From Minisyncoccota bacterium (GTDB lineage Bacteria; Patescibacteriota; Minisyncoccia; Phycocordibacterales; UBA9973), in NCBI GenBank assembly GCA_035510575.1, contig DATKGV010000004.1:6839-70838 (forward strand): a stretch of DNA of 64,000 nucleotides, in the 5' to 3' direction. The translations under genes and the position numbers were made by a program. The first letter of the stretch is position 1. Every line of letters begins with the position of its first letter. Below the pieces are notes generated by a model. The model was not told the DNA's origin, ran no database searches, and saw only the letters and a list, made by a program, of their open reading frames with translations. Shown one piece after another: positions 9,836 to 20,381 of the stretch.

Positions 9836-10078
9836 TCAACCTTGTCTTTTTTCTTTTTCAATTACTTTATCAAATTCGGCAATTGTTTTTTTATATAACT
9901 CTTCAAACATAACTTTTGCAAATTCTGCTACCTCATTAGTTGGAATGCCAGATTTTTTTGCATTATTAATCACTGCACGTTTTACTTCCTTTGGTTTCAA
10001 AGGAAGACCTTCATGTTCCATTTTATCCATAAGAACAAAAAAGGCAATTTCATTAATTCTTTCTTTAGTAAGTGCCAT
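9836..10078 (-). CDS. hypothetical small protein
   Basis: 80 aa ORF with no recognised domain. Confidence 0.25.
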   Translation of the reverse strand: MALTKERINEIAFFVLMDKMEHEGLPLKPKEVKRAVINNAKKSGIPTNEVAEFAKVMFEELYKKTIAEFDKVIEKEKRQG

Positions 10079-10208
10079 AACACCTCCGTTTTTAATAAGA
10101 ACAACATTATTCTCGTCTTCATATTATCATAAATATAACACTATGTCAAGTATTTTCTCGGTAGATAAACCCTTGTTTTTGAAGGCTTTTAATGTTAATA
10201 TCTCTCAC

Positions 10209-10880
10209 ATGCAAACATTAACCGCAACAAAGCGAAGTAAGGCAGAAAAGCTTGAAACCATGCGAAATAACGGCATGATTCCGGGCGTTGTCTATGGCGC
10301 TCGCGTGGAAAATACTCCAATTTCCGTGCCGAGTGTTCTCTTCGGCAAAGTATTAAAAGAAGCTGGCGAATCAAGTACAATCGTACTTGATCTAGCAAAT
10401 AAAAAAATTGATGTTCTTATTCACGATGTACAAGTTGATCCAGTAAAAGGTCAACCTATTCATGTGGATTTTCTAGCTATCGATATGAACAAATCAATTC
10501 AAGTTAAAGTTCCAGTTGAATTTATCGGGATCGCGCCGGGCGAGAAGAGCGGTCTGGGCGTTCTTGTGAAAGTTCTTCATGAAATAACGATTGAAGCTCT
10601 CCCTAAAGATCTTCCTCATTCAGTAACTGTTGATATATCGACGCTTGTTAATCTTAATGATCAGGTTCACGTCAAAGATATTAAGTTTCCAAAAGGAGTA
10701 ACTGCCATTACCGGTGGAGACGAAGTTGTCGGCCTCTTAGCGGCTGTTAAAGAGGAAGTCGTAGAAGAAGTCGCCGCGCCAGTTGATCTTTCTGCTATTG
10801 AAGTAGAGAAGAAAGGCAAACAAGAAGAAGAAAATCCTGTTGGAGAAGAAAAAGGTGAAGATAACTCAACAAAGAAATAA
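10209..10880 (+). CDS. rplY: 50S ribosomal protein L25 / general stress protein Ctc
   Basis: MQTLTATKRSKAEKLETMRNNGMIPGVVYG ... IHVDFLAI ... The long upstream ORF extension is rejected. Acidic C-terminal tail. Confidence 0.8.
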   Translation: MQTLTATKRSKAEKLETMRNNGMIPGVVYGARVENTPISVPSVLFGKVLKEAGESSTIVLDLANKKIDVLIHDVQVDPVKGQPIHVDFLAIDMNKSIQVKVPVEFIGIAPGEKSGLGVLVKVLHEITIEALPKDLPHSVTVDISTLVNLNDQVHVKDIKFPKGVTAITGGDEVVGLLAAVKEEVVEEVAAPVDLSAIEVEKKGKQEEENPVGEEKGEDNSTKK

Positions 10881-10933
10881 TGGTAATTAATTATCATTAT
10901 TTTCTGTTTGCTAATATGTTATAATGCGAATAT

Positions 10934-12289
10934 ATGAATCATCGCATTCAATATTTTTTTTCTTTCATTCTGGCAAGCGCTATGATTTTTTACGGATTTT
11001 TATCCGCTATTTTGCCGGCGCAAGCCGACCAATTAAGCAATGCTCAAGCCGATAAAGCGCAGCTTGAATCCGAATTATCCGTATTAGAACAAGAAATAGC
11101 TCAAAAACAGCAAGAACTTAATGCACAGAAAGGGCAGTCCGTCTCTCTTTCGCGCGATATAGCGATATTAACGACGCAAATTAAAAAAGCTCAACTTGAT
11201 ATAAAAGCAAAAAATCTTATTATAAAAAAGCTCGGCGGAGAAATAACTCAAAAGAACACTCAAATCCAAACTCTTCAGAATAAAATAGAAACTGAAAAGG
11301 AGTCGCTTGCCCAATTAATACGCAAAGACAGGGAAATTGATAATCAGTCGATAATAACTCTAGTATTATCGCAGGAAACTATTTCAGACGCTTATGGCGA
11401 TATAGAGGCCTTTGCTTCGCTGAAACAGGAAATAAAGAAATCGGTTGATGAAATTAACGGCATAAAAAATGAAACTGAATCCGAAAAGCAAACATTGGAA
11501 GTGCAGAAAAACCAGCAAACCGACGCTAAAGTCCAGCTTGAAGAGGCGCAGCAGCAGGTTAAATTGAATGAAGTGCAAAAACAGCAATTATTATCGATAA
11601 GCAAAGATAAAGAAAAACAATACCAACAAATTCTCGCAGATAAAGCGGCGCGCCGAGCGCAAATACTAGCCATGCTGTTCAATCTTCGCGATGTGTCGGC
11701 AATTCCATTCGGTCAAGCCCTAGATTATGCAAATGCCGCTTCAAAAATCACAAATGTAACTCCTGCATTCATTCTTGCAATTATCACTCAAGAAAGCAAT
11801 CTTGGAACAGATCAAGGATCTTGCTATTTAACAAATATGAATACTGGCGCCGGAGTAAGCTCAAAGTCCGGAAATATTGTCGCTAATGTGATGAAACCGG
11901 ATCGCGATATTGGCCCATTTACAGAAATTACTTCATCCTTGGGGCGCGATCCTCTTAAAACATTAGTGTCTTGCCCAATAGGCGGATATGGTTATGGAGG
12001 AGCTATGGGTCCCGCGCAATTTATACCGTCAACGTGGAAAGGTATGATTAATAAAATCGAGAATTATCTAGGAATATCTATCGCGGATCCATGGAATCCT
12101 AGAGACGCAATTATGGCTTCAGCGCTTTTCCTTTCAGATCTTGGGGCGTCAGGTGACAGTTACACGTCTGAAATAAGAGCTGCTTGCAAGTATTATGGCT
12201 CTGGCGGTTCCACTTGTTCTTATGGCAGACAGGTAGTGGCGAAGATGCAAAATATTCAAACTAATATGATAGATCCGTTGCAAAATTAA
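10934..12289 (+). CDS. secreted coiled-coil protein with C-terminal lytic transglycosylase (SLT/lysozyme-like) domain
   Basis: Signal peptide, about 200 aa of Q/K/E-rich coiled coil, then ...AIITQESNLG ... GAMGPAQFIPSTW, resembling the SLT catalytic region (ES...GLMQ). Confidence 0.5.
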   Translation: MNHRIQYFFSFILASAMIFYGFLSAILPAQADQLSNAQADKAQLESELSVLEQEIAQKQQELNAQKGQSVSLSRDIAILTTQIKKAQLDIKAKNLIIKKLGGEITQKNTQIQTLQNKIETEKESLAQLIRKDREIDNQSIITLVLSQETISDAYGDIEAFASLKQEIKKSVDEINGIKNETESEKQTLEVQKNQQTDAKVQLEEAQQQVKLNEVQKQQLLSISKDKEKQYQQILADKAARRAQILAMLFNLRDVSAIPFGQALDYANAASKITNVTPAFILAIITQESNLGTDQGSCYLTNMNTGAGVSSKSGNIVANVMKPDRDIGPFTEITSSLGRDPLKTLVSCPIGGYGYGGAMGPAQFIPSTWKGMINKIENYLGISIADPWNPRDAIMASALFLSDLGASGDSYTSEIRAACKYYGSGGSTCSYGRQVVAKMQNIQTNMIDPLQN

Positions 12290-12315
12290 TAATATCGTGA
12301 TATTATGAGCGCTAT

Positions 12316-12534
12316 ATGAAAAAAGATATACATCCAAAATATAACAATAATTCCAAAGTTACCTGCGCATGCGGAGCGACTTTTCCTGTGGGCTCAACAA
12401 TGGATAAAATAGAAGTTGAAATTTGCAGCCAATGCCATCCGTTCTATACAGGCAATGAGAAGGTCTTAGATGCCGCCGGACGCGTTGACAGATTCAAGAA
12501 GCGCGCCGCATTATCTAGCAAGAAAAAGAAATAA
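12316..12534 (+). CDS. rpmE: 50S ribosomal protein L31
   Basis: MKKDIHPKY ... CxC ... [10 protein letters not shown]. Confidence 0.85.
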   Translation: MKKDIHPKYNNNSKVTCACGATFPVGSTMDKIEVEICSQCHPFYTGNEKVLDAAGRVDRFKKRAALSSKKKK

Positions 12535-12555
12535 ATTAATGAAGCAAGAAACTAG

Positions 12556-12590
12556 TTATGAAAAGCTAGTTTTTTGTTTTTGTAATATAA
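12556..12590 (+). terminator. rho-independent terminator after rpmE
   Basis: aaactagtt-atgaaaag-ctagttt followed by a T-run. Confidence 0.5.
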
Positions 12591-12597
12591 TATAAAG

Positions 12598-13569
12598 ATG
12601 AATTTAGATTTGGAACAATTGAAGAAAGATCATAAAACAAGCTATTTCGCCGAAGAATATGAACGGCTTGCCAATGAAGAAAAGAAAGTAAATGCCATGG
12701 TGGCGCAGGACGAGAGTTTGCGCGATTTGGCAGACGAAGAACTGCAAAATATCCGTTTCCAGAAAGAAGCGATAGAACGGCAGTTGGAAGAAATAATGAA
12801 AAGCGAAAAAGAAGAAGAGGAATTCCCGAATGAAATTGTCCTCGAAATCAGAGCCGGAGCCGGAGGAGATGAGGCCTCTCTCTTTGCCTGGGAACTTGCC
12901 CATATGTATGAGCGTTTTTCCGAAGGACGAGGTTGGGCTTTTAAAACTATCAATGAATCCATAAATGATGTCGGCGGATATAAAGAAGCATCGTTTGAAA
13001 TCAGAGGCAAAGATGCCTATAAGCTTCTTCGCTATGAAACGGGAGTTCATCGAGTCCAGCGCATACCTGCCACCGAGAAAAATGGCAGAATTCACACTTC
13101 TACGGCATCAGTGGCTATCCTGCCAATACGAAAAAAAACAAAGATTGAAATTAATCCGGCTGATTTGGAATTGGAATATTCCCGTTCCGGAGGCGCTGGC
13201 GGGCAGAATGTCAATAAAGTTGAGACAGCAGTCCGCATAATTCATAAACCGACAGGCATTGATGTCCGCTCCACGTCGGAGCGCAATCAGCTTGGCAATC
13301 GCGAGAAAGCCATGGCAATCTTGATATCCAAGATACAAATGCAGAAGGACGAGGAAGAAGCCAAAAAATATTCCGCTGATCGCAAGAATCAAATCGGCAC
13401 AAGCGACAGAAGCGAAAAAATCCGCACTTATAATTTCCCGCAAGACCGCGTTACCGACCATAGGATCAAGCAATCATGGTCCAACATACCGAGCATCATG
13501 GAAGGGAACATAGGCAAGATAATAGAAGCGCTTTCATCCGGAGTAGTAGGGAATGCAGAAGAGGAATAA
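12598..13569 (+). CDS. prfA: peptide chain release factor 1
   Basis: [17 protein letters not shown] (the PxT motif of RF1) and [25 protein letters not shown] (GGQ). Confidence 0.8.
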   Translation: MNLDLEQLKKDHKTSYFAEEYERLANEEKKVNAMVAQDESLRDLADEELQNIRFQKEAIERQLEEIMKSEKEEEEFPNEIVLEIRAGAGGDEASLFAWELAHMYERFSEGRGWAFKTINESINDVGGYKEASFEIRGKDAYKLLRYETGVHRVQRIPATEKNGRIHTSTASVAILPIRKKTKIEINPADLELEYSRSGGAGGQNVNKVETAVRIIHKPTGIDVRSTSERNQLGNREKAMAILISKIQMQKDEEEAKKYSADRKNQIGTSDRSEKIRTYNFPQDRVTDHRIKQSWSNIPSIMEGNIGKIIEALSSGVVGNAEEE

Positions 13570-13595
13570 AAAACAAATATAAAAAATAAAAAACC

Positions 13596-13630
13596 AGTGA
13601 ATAAATCCACTGGGTTTTTTTATAATTATT
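13596..13630 (+). terminator. rho-independent terminator after prfA
   Basis: aaaccagtg-aataaatc-cactgggttttttt. Confidence 0.5.
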
Positions 13631-13652
13631 TTTTATTAATACCTCAAAGTAG

Positions 13653-13907
13653 TTAAAGTTTTGAAGTTAATTCTTCATAAAATTCTTTTGAAATTTGAAA
13701 AAAAGCATACATATTACCAATACAGCTTCTAGCTGTTTTAATTTCTTTTTCATTTCTTAAATTAAAAAGAATTGGTTCTTTTTGAGATTTTAAATATAAA
13801 GTTAGTAATTTATTTTTTTTACTAAATTGATATTTGTCTTTTTTTCCTTCCTCATTATTTTTATTTTCAGAAGAAATGATTTCAATTTGCTCCAAAATTT
13901 CTGCCAT
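13653..13907 (-). CDS. hypothetical protein in an extremely AT-rich island
   Basis: 84 aa K/N/E-rich ORF. Local GC is far below the window average. Confidence 0.2.
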   Translation of the reverse strand: MAEILEQIEIISSENKNNEEGKKDKYQFSKKNKLLTLYLKSQKEPILFNLRNEKEIKTARSCIGNMYAFFQISKEFYEELTSKL

Positions 13908-14063
13908 AGTATTAATGTTTTTAAGGTTAATAAATAAATATTTGTTTGTATTCTAACATGCATCAACCTCTATTGTCAAGCACTTTTTAATATTGACTTT
14001 TATGTTAATAATTATAAAATGTATCTAAATATGTAAATTTTTAATTAACTAAAAGTAACTAAT

Positions 14064-14312
14064 ATGAAAAGAAACCATTATTTAAGGAAGGTTGATCCAA
14101 AATCAACAACGAGTAATAATATTTCTGTACATAAAAAAGTAGAAATAAACCAAACTCCAATTGAACTTTTAAGTTGTCTTAATAGTTCGGTTTCTAAAAA
14201 ATCGAAGAAATTGGTATTAAATTTTACTAAATTGTCAGATTATAAAAAAAGAAAAGTAATAGGTGATATAGCTAAACATACAAGTCTACCTTTGTTGGCC
14301 CAATTGGGTTAA
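14064..14312 (+). CDS. hypothetical protein (AT-rich island)
   Basis: 82 aa ORF followed by the hairpin aggccagc-tatttataatact-gctggcct (14347-14377). Confidence 0.25.
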   Translation: MKRNHYLRKVDPKSTTSNNISVHKKVEINQTPIELLSCLNSSVSKKSKKLVLNFTKLSDYKKRKVIGDIAKHTSLPLLAQLG

Positions 14313-14568
14313 AACTAAAAAAATATTAAGTTAAATAATAATAAGGCCAGCTATTTATAATACTGCTGGCCTATAATTTTTCTATTCTAACGTCGCAAAA
14401 GATATATTGTACGACATTCATATATAATATATAAAGATACTTCCCTTTAATTAATGACTATTAAAATATGATGCTGTGCGATTATATGCATTCCAGATAT
14501 CATTTCTTACTATAAAAAGAGATAAAGCGACAAATATTATTACAAAGATATAAAATAATTTCATATGT

Positions 14569-14958
14569 TTATTTGCAAGATGTTGATAATGTATAACCTG
14601 ACTTCTCTGCCTCCACTGCTGTATTAAACCATACTTCATTCTTCTGTGCTATCCTCTTGGCACCTGCACACGTTGGCGTGTAATATAGTTTACCATTTTT
14701 TGAGGCAACATAATTTTTACCAGATTGAATAATATTACTTGTATTACTATTAGTAGATAAAGATGCGCTGGCTAATTCATTATTTTGCGTTATTGTAATA
14801 CCTAAATTATCGTCTTTTGATAAATTATTTTGAACAGATATACGACCGAGCCCAAAAGCCGATATTCCTACTCCTATAATCACCAAAGAATACATAATTG
14901 TAACTTTGTCAACATTAATACTACCCTTGATTTTATTAAGAAAATAATTTATACTCAT
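14569..14958 (-). CDS. membrane-anchored protein with C-terminal Cys motif (Ada-Zn/sunset-like)
   Basis: N-terminal TM helix, Ser/Asn-rich linker, then C-terminal KNGKLYYTPTCAGAKRIAQKNEVWFNTAVEAEKSGYTLSTSC. The pattern Y.TP.C....I...N.V.F....EA...GY...C resembles the Ada metal-binding / sunset-type fold. Confidence 0.35.
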   Translation of the reverse strand: MSINYFLNKIKGSINVDKVTIMYSLVIIGVGISAFGLGRISVQNNLSKDDNLGITITQNNELASASLSTNSNTSNIIQSGKNYVASKNGKLYYTPTCAGAKRIAQKNEVWFNTAVEAEKSGYTLSTSCK

Positions 14959-15051
14959 ACGAGCTTAATTATAAATCATTTGTTGATAGTTTGGCTACTG
15001 TTGCATAAGCATAAACATAAAGTAGTCATTTTTAAATCATAATCAAAATAT

Positions 15052-15330
15052 ATGGCACATCGAAAAGCCGGCGGTTCAGCCAAAAACTTAACAGATTCAA
15101 AGCCAAAGTACCTAGGTACTAAGCTTTATGACGGTGAAAAGGCAAATGCTGGATCAATTATAGTCCGCCAACGCGGCACAAAGATTCTTCCCGGCAAAAA
15201 TGTCGGTTTGGGCAAAGATCATACCCTCTTTTCTTTGGCGTCCGGAACAGTAAAATACGGCACAAAAAGAAAAATTGATTTCAATAGAACATCATCAATC
15301 AAGAAGATAGTTCATGTTATTGAGCTATAA
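15052..15330 (+). CDS. rpmA: 50S ribosomal protein L27
   Basis: [12 protein letters not shown] ... very conserved L27 N-terminus. Confidence 0.85.
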   Translation: MAHRKAGGSAKNLTDSKPKYLGTKLYDGEKANAGSIIVRQRGTKILPGKNVGLGKDHTLFSLASGTVKYGTKRKIDFNRTSSIKKIVHVIEL

Positions 15331-15757
15331 TAATCACATTGCACTTCCCTTGCCTATTCCCTTTCTTTATCGTAATAGTGTGATTTCCTAAATTCTTAAT
15401 ATGATCAACTTTTATGTCATGCTCGTCTATTTCTATTCCAGACGATTCCTTAATAGCTTCCATTACATCATGAACACTGACTGCCTTAAATAAATGACCT
15501 TTTTCATTTGCTTTAGCTTTTATAATTACAGTTTTATTATCTACAGAAGCAATTAATTCATTAAAAGATTTTATTTCATCTTCTCTTTTTTTATTCATCT
15601 GGGCTTTTATTGAAGCTAAATGAGCCAATGCTTGCGGAGTTGCAAGCTCCGCCAGTCCCTTGGCAAGAAGCACATTTTGAGCATATCCTTCCTTGAAATC
15701 TTTAATATCATGCTTGTTGCCAACTTTTGGTACATCAGTAAGTAAAATAACTTTCAT
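15317..15757 (-). CDS. rplI: 50S ribosomal protein L9
   Basis: [31 protein letters not shown]..., a typical L9 N-domain. Confidence 0.8.
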   Translation of the reverse strand: MKVILLTDVPKVGNKHDIKDFKEGYAQNVLLAKGLAELATPQALAHLASIKAQMNKKREDEIKSFNELIASVDNKTVIIKAKANEKGHLFKAVSVHDVMEAIKESSGIEIDEHDIKVDHIKNLGNHTITIKKGNRQGKCNVIIIAQ

Positions 15758-15763
15758 AAACAA

Positions 15764-16993
15764 TTAAGGATTAGCTGTTAATATTTCTACTGCTTTATCC
15801 ATCTGAGGATCGCGATGAGCTGCGATATCTTTATCTGTAATGCTTACTTTCACGTCAGGAGTAAGCCCATGCAAAGATATAGATGTGCCATTCGGAGTAA
15901 GCCATTTGGCTACTGTAACTTTAAGTGAAGTCGTATCAGTTATATTCAACAACTCTTGCACCGAACCTTTGCCAAAGGTCTGTTCACCAACAAGAGTGCC
16001 AATACCATGCTCTTGCAGAGCGCCAGCAAGAATCTCAGAAGCCGATGCAGATCCGCCGTCAACCAGAACTATCAGCTTAAGATTATCATTAAATAGCCGA
16101 GGTCCATGGCTACGATAAACTTCAGGCTTGCGATTGCCGCCAAAATCCTCGCTGACTATCACTTTACCTTCGTCTATAAACCAAGAACCAATATTCACGG
16201 CAGAATCTAAATATCCTCCGGGATTGCCGCGCAAATCGATTATAAGCTTGTGCGAGCCAGAATTAGCGAATTTAATAAGCGCGTCTTTAAACATATTATC
16301 TGAATTAAGAGAGAAACTGTAGAATTTAATGACAAATATATTGTCTTTGAGCACTTCGGTGTCTATGGTCGGGATATCTATATTGGCGCGCGTAATTTTG
16401 AAGTCGCGGGTGGCATTTTCATTAGGACGAACGATCGTCAAAGTGACAACCGTGCCTACAGGACCGCGGATCAAACTAATGGCTTTGTCGATAGTCATGC
16501 TGCTGGCATCTGTATTATCTATTTTTAAAATTTTATCGCCTTTTTTTATGCCTGAGTTCCAAGCTGGCGTATCTTTAAGCGGAGCGATAATAGTCAGAAC
16601 TTTATCCTTCATCCCGATTTCAGCGCCGATTCCGCCGAAAGAGCCCCTTATTTCATCATTAAATGCCTTATTTTCTTCAGGCGGAAAGAATACCGAGTAA
16701 GGATCGCCTAAAGAAGACACCAGGCCTGATATGGCGCCCCATACCCTGTCCTGATCGGTAGTACTGCCGGCATAAATTGATTTTTCATTTATTAGGTTCC
16801 AGACCTTCCAAAATGAATTAAAATCGACAGCAGTCGTGATTCCCGATTGAGGATTTTTATTAATTACAGAAAATACCTTGTCTATCTCAGGCCGATTGTT
16901 ATATCCGACATAGGCGCCGGCGCCAAAGACCGCGCTTAGAAGGATCAGCGAGGCAATTACATAAATAGAAGTTTTAATGATATTTCTTTTCAT
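15764..16993 (-). CDS. ctpA: carboxyl-terminal processing protease (S41 family) with PDZ domain
   Basis: N-terminal TM, GIGAEIG ... PDZ, IIDLRGNPGGYLDSAV, GGSASASEILAGAL. Confidence 0.8.
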   Translation of the reverse strand: MKRNIIKTSIYVIASLILLSAVFGAGAYVGYNNRPEIDKVFSVINKNPQSGITTAVDFNSFWKVWNLINEKSIYAGSTTDQDRVWGAISGLVSSLGDPYSVFFPPEENKAFNDEIRGSFGGIGAEIGMKDKVLTIIAPLKDTPAWNSGIKKGDKILKIDNTDASSMTIDKAISLIRGPVGTVVTLTIVRPNENATRDFKITRANIDIPTIDTEVLKDNIFVIKFYSFSLNSDNMFKDALIKFANSGSHKLIIDLRGNPGGYLDSAVNIGSWFIDEGKVIVSEDFGGNRKPEVYRSHGPRLFNDNLKLIVLVDGGSASASEILAGALQEHGIGTLVGEQTFGKGSVQELLNITDTTSLKVTVAKWLTPNGTSISLHGLTPDVKVSITDKDIAAHRDPQMDKAVEILTANP

Positions 16994-17014
16994 TCTGATT
17001 TCATTATTGCAAAA

Positions 17015-18262
17015 TTAATTCATAGTTTCAAGTTCTAAAGCCGAAGGGGTATATTTGTTATTAGGATCCCATAACATCCAAGAAGAAAGCCCATTATCAT
17101 AAACAGCTTTTATTTCAGCGCGCACCATGCCTTCATTATAAATTGCGCCTAAATTAAAATCTTGCAGCCATGGACGAATTTTATTTATATCCTGATTTAA
17201 CGCTTTTGTCCGAGTTATTGCGCTAATAAGCGCCGTATTGATGATCTCATACGGATACAAAGCCGGATTTTTGTATCCATCTTTTCCCGGCGCATAATGC
17301 GACGGATATACCATCGGGCAAATATAATCAAAATAAGGAATTGTTTTTTCCCAAATTTGACCTATGCCCATGTCATCTGTCGCCTCCGTAGTTAAGCCGA
17401 AAAGATCGGCTGAGATGGGAATATTTTTATCTTTCTTTACTTCCTGCGAAAGATATTTGAAAAAATCTTCAATATTATCCGAGCGCGTTTTGCCCGGCGC
17501 CAAATTATAATTTATATCTTTCATATCACCATCCGAGGGATATCTGATATAATCAAAATTTATTTCATCAAATCCGCTGTCATAAGCGCCTAGCGCGATA
17601 TCCACGATATACTTATCCACTTCCTTATTTGTCGGATCAAGATAAGATAATCCTTTTTTGTCTTTCCATACTCCCCCGTCGCTTTTCCTGGTTATGGACC
17701 ATTCGGGCTTTATTTTAGTCATATATGGATCTTGAAATGAAGCGATGCGCCCGATGACATATATATTTTTCTTATGAAGCTCTGATATTAGTGCGCGAAT
17801 GTCAGGAATGCGCCTTTCAATGCTGCCATATTTCTGAATTTCCGGATTGGCAATATAAAAAGAAATGCGCCCCGTTGAATCCTTGATATCTATAACAACG
17901 GCATTAAGTTCCGTATCATCAACAAGTTTGATTATAGGATCGCGATATTTCACGGATCCAGCCACCCAAGCGGACATATACACGGCTTTTACATGCTCTG
18001 GAGTTTCAATATGGGTAATCGGTATCTGCAAATCGGATTCTTGAGCCGAGATAGGAACCATAACAATATCCGTCGGTTTTTCATTTTGCGCAATATTACT
18101 ATCAGGTGTAAGAGTAGATGATGAAACGGCTAGCGGGCTATTGTATTTTATTTCAGTGAAGAATATCGGCGATATGAAATAAACAATAACCCCACATATT
18201 ACAAATGTGAGGCCGCCGAATAAAAATTTTTTTTTATTATTGAAAATGAATGACATATTCAT
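17015..18262 (-). CDS. membrane-anchored putative glycoside hydrolase (GHL/DUF4015-like TIM-barrel)
   Basis: 415 aa, N-terminal TM. Pattern AVVIDIKD ... GFDEINFDYIRYP ... typical of uncharacterised GH-like families. Assignment tentative. Confidence 0.4.
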   Translation of the reverse strand: MNMSFIFNNKKKFLFGGLTFVICGVIVYFISPIFFTEIKYNSPLAVSSSTLTPDSNIAQNEKPTDIVMVPISAQESDLQIPITHIETPEHVKAVYMSAWVAGSVKYRDPIIKLVDDTELNAVVIDIKDSTGRISFYIANPEIQKYGSIERRIPDIRALISELHKKNIYVIGRIASFQDPYMTKIKPEWSITRKSDGGVWKDKKGLSYLDPTNKEVDKYIVDIALGAYDSGFDEINFDYIRYPSDGDMKDINYNLAPGKTRSDNIEDFFKYLSQEVKKDKNIPISADLFGLTTEATDDMGIGQIWEKTIPYFDYICPMVYPSHYAPGKDGYKNPALYPYEIINTALISAITRTKALNQDINKIRPWLQDFNLGAIYNEGMVRAEIKAVYDNGLSSWMLWDPNNKYTPSALELETMN

Positions 18263-18496
18263 CTATACCCCATTGTTAATATTATCTACAAATGTTTGGC
18301 TATTGTCATCACTTTTCGGCAAACGGGCCTTGGCTTCTATATGAAACAAATAAGCAAGATAAATAAGGGCAAAACCGGTAATAACAAAAAATACTTCGCG
18401 CCAAGAATTAGGAAAACCCAAAAACGGCAATATGGCAACCCACAGGCCAATTAAAAACAATGTTCGTTCTTTTCTCATATGGCCATTATACAGCAT
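18263..18496 (-). CDS. small membrane protein, 2 TM
   Basis: 77 aa, two hydrophobic helices. Confidence 0.3.
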   Translation of the reverse strand: MLYNGHMRKERTLFLIGLWVAILPFLGFPNSWREVFFVITGFALIYLAYLFHIEAKARLPKSDDNSQTFVDNINNGV

Positions 18497-19186
18497 TTAT
18501 TTATGATGGACAATCACGACAAATTCACCCCTCTGCTTGTCTTTATTTTCGGAAAAATAGGAAATCATTTCTTTGGGAGTGCCCTTGATAAATTGCTCAA
18601 ATTGCTTTGTTATTTCACGGGCTACCACGACAGCGCAATCAGGCGAATACATGTCAAGCTTGGCAAAAGTTTTCATAATCCTATGAGTGGACTCATAAAA
18701 TACAACTGTTTTTTTAGAAATGGCGATTTCCTTAAATAATGTCTCTCTGCCTTTTTTATGAGGAAGAAATCCAAGAAAGACAAATTCTGAGGAAGGTATG
18801 CCGCTTGCCGAAAGAGCCGAAATAACGGCGCTTGGGCCAGGAATTGGCGTAACCTGGGCGCTTGCGCCTAATTCTTTGCGCACATTGGCAACAAGAAGGA
18901 CTCCCGGATCAGAAATGCAAGGCGTACCGGCATCAGATACCAGCGCCAGATTCTTGCCTCCTTTAAGCATATTTATGATAGAAGATTCTTTTGCAATAGT
19001 GCTATGGGCGTGATAACTTATGGTTTTTGTCTTTATGTCATATCTATCGAGCAGTTTTTTGGTAGTCAGAGTATCTTCGCATAATATATAATCAACTTCT
19101 TTTAGAATGCGAAGCGCTCGAAGAGTGATATCTTCAAGATTGCCTATAGGAGTCGCAACTATATATAAAGTGCCTATATTATTCAT
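18497..19186 (-). CDS. rsmI: 16S rRNA (cytidine1402-2'-O)-methyltransferase
   Basis: LYIVATPIGNLEDITLRALRILKEVDYILCEDT, tetrapyrrole-methylase-like. Confidence 0.8.
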   Translation of the reverse strand: MNNIGTLYIVATPIGNLEDITLRALRILKEVDYILCEDTLTTKKLLDRYDIKTKTISYHAHSTIAKESSIINMLKGGKNLALVSDAGTPCISDPGVLLVANVRKELGASAQVTPIPGPSAVISALSASGIPSSEFVFLGFLPHKKGRETLFKEIAISKKTVVFYESTHRIMKTFAKLDMYSPDCAVVVAREITKQFEQFIKGTPKEMISYFSENKDKQRGEFVVIVHHK

Positions 19187-20202
19187 ATCTGTCCGTTTTT
19201 AGTCCACAAAGCCGAAACAGATTCGCCGTTATGGAGATTATCAATAGTTTGAGCTATGAGCTTGGCAACGGAGATAAATACAATGCTTTTCCCCGCTTTT
19301 TGAACAGCCGACACGAAGTCATTACCGACAGGAACCGTATCGGTAACCCACACAGATGAGAATTCAGATTGAATTATATTTTCAACAGTTTCCTCGCTAA
19401 AATCCGCATGAGTCGCAATCGCGCAATAATTCACGATTTGAGTTTGCTCTTTATGGAGAGCATCGCCGGCTTGGCGAAGCGTGGTAAAAGTTGAAATCAA
19501 ATCATCAACGAATATGACCGTATCTATATTTTCCGAAATATCGCCCTGGGTATAGACCTTCATGGCTCTGGTCTTGCCGGTTCTGGGGTCTCTGTCTTTG
19601 TCGGTAATAATTAGCGGCACCCTGAGTTCTTCGGCAATCTTGCGGGAATATTTTGATCCGCCCATATCGCCGGAAGCGACGGCAACATTTGAAAGGTCTG
19701 AGAACTTAGATCTTATATTCTCAATAATAAGTTTCGTAGTGTCAACATTTTCCATTGGCGGATTGCTCGTGCAACTGGCCGGATTATGAAGCTTGCAGAC
19801 AACCATGCGATCAACTCCCGCGGTCTTAAGCAGTTCCGGGAAAAAGTCGCTTAGCTTGGGCTGCCTTAATTCTCGATTTTCTACATCTTGCCTCTGATGA
19901 AGAAGCTTAGGCATCACTGCAGTTATCTTGTGCGGCTGGCCATGCTTCACGGCTCTGGCAAAACGCAAATAATCCACAATCCATTTGTCTGTTTCTCCCC
20001 CATTTAAGCTGGTAAAAATTATGTAGACATCCTTGCCTCGCACAGTTATATTCTGATGAGAAATTCTTTCGCCATTTGGGAAAGATTTAGTCGTATGCGG
20101 AGATAAAGGAACTTCAAGTAATTTGGCGATTTCTTCGCCCAATCTAGTATTACTGCCATAAACAAATATCTGCTTTGGGTAAGGGTTTAGATTATTTATC
20201 AT
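19183..20202 (-). CDS. prs: ribose-phosphate pyrophosphokinase family protein
   Basis: Two PRTase-like halves. FPNGE ... and VIFVDDLISTFTTL PRPP-binding-loop-like motif. Confidence 0.65.
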   Translation of the reverse strand: MINNLNPYPKQIFVYGSNTRLGEEIAKLLEVPLSPHTTKSFPNGERISHQNITVRGKDVYIIFTSLNGGETDKWIVDYLRFARAVKHGQPHKITAVMPKLLHQRQDVENRELRQPKLSDFFPELLKTAGVDRMVVCKLHNPASCTSNPPMENVDTTKLIIENIRSKFSDLSNVAVASGDMGGSKYSRKIAEELRVPLIITDKDRDPRTGKTRAMKVYTQGDISENIDTVIFVDDLISTFTTLRQAGDALHKEQTQIVNYCAIATHADFSEETVENIIQSEFSSVWVTDTVPVGNDFVSAVQKAGKSIVFISVAKLIAQTIDNLHNGESVSALWTKNGQI

Positions 20203-20319
20203 AGTATAGGTGAATTATCAATCAATCAGGGTGATAAGTCAAATATATGGCACCTGTGGCATGGACATGTATCTGTTTGAGATAAGAGTGAAGTAAAAAA
20301 TTATATTAATTTTCCTTTC

Positions 20320-20348
20320 TTGACACAAATAAATAGTTATGCTATTAT
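20320..20348 (+). promoter_or_regulatory. sigma70-like promoter (TTGACA-17-TATTAT) for the downstream hypothetical gene
   Basis: ttgaca caaataaatagttatgc tattat, located 30 bp upstream of the ATG at 20382. Confidence 0.4.
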
Positions 20349-20381
20349 CTAATAAAATATTTATAATTTAAATATATAATT

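Noticed and set aside
12598-13569. Programmed +1 frameshift typical of prfB
   Set aside because: The release factor has the PAT (RF1) rather than SPF (RF2) tripeptide, and the ORF is continuous. No frameshift site is expected or seen.
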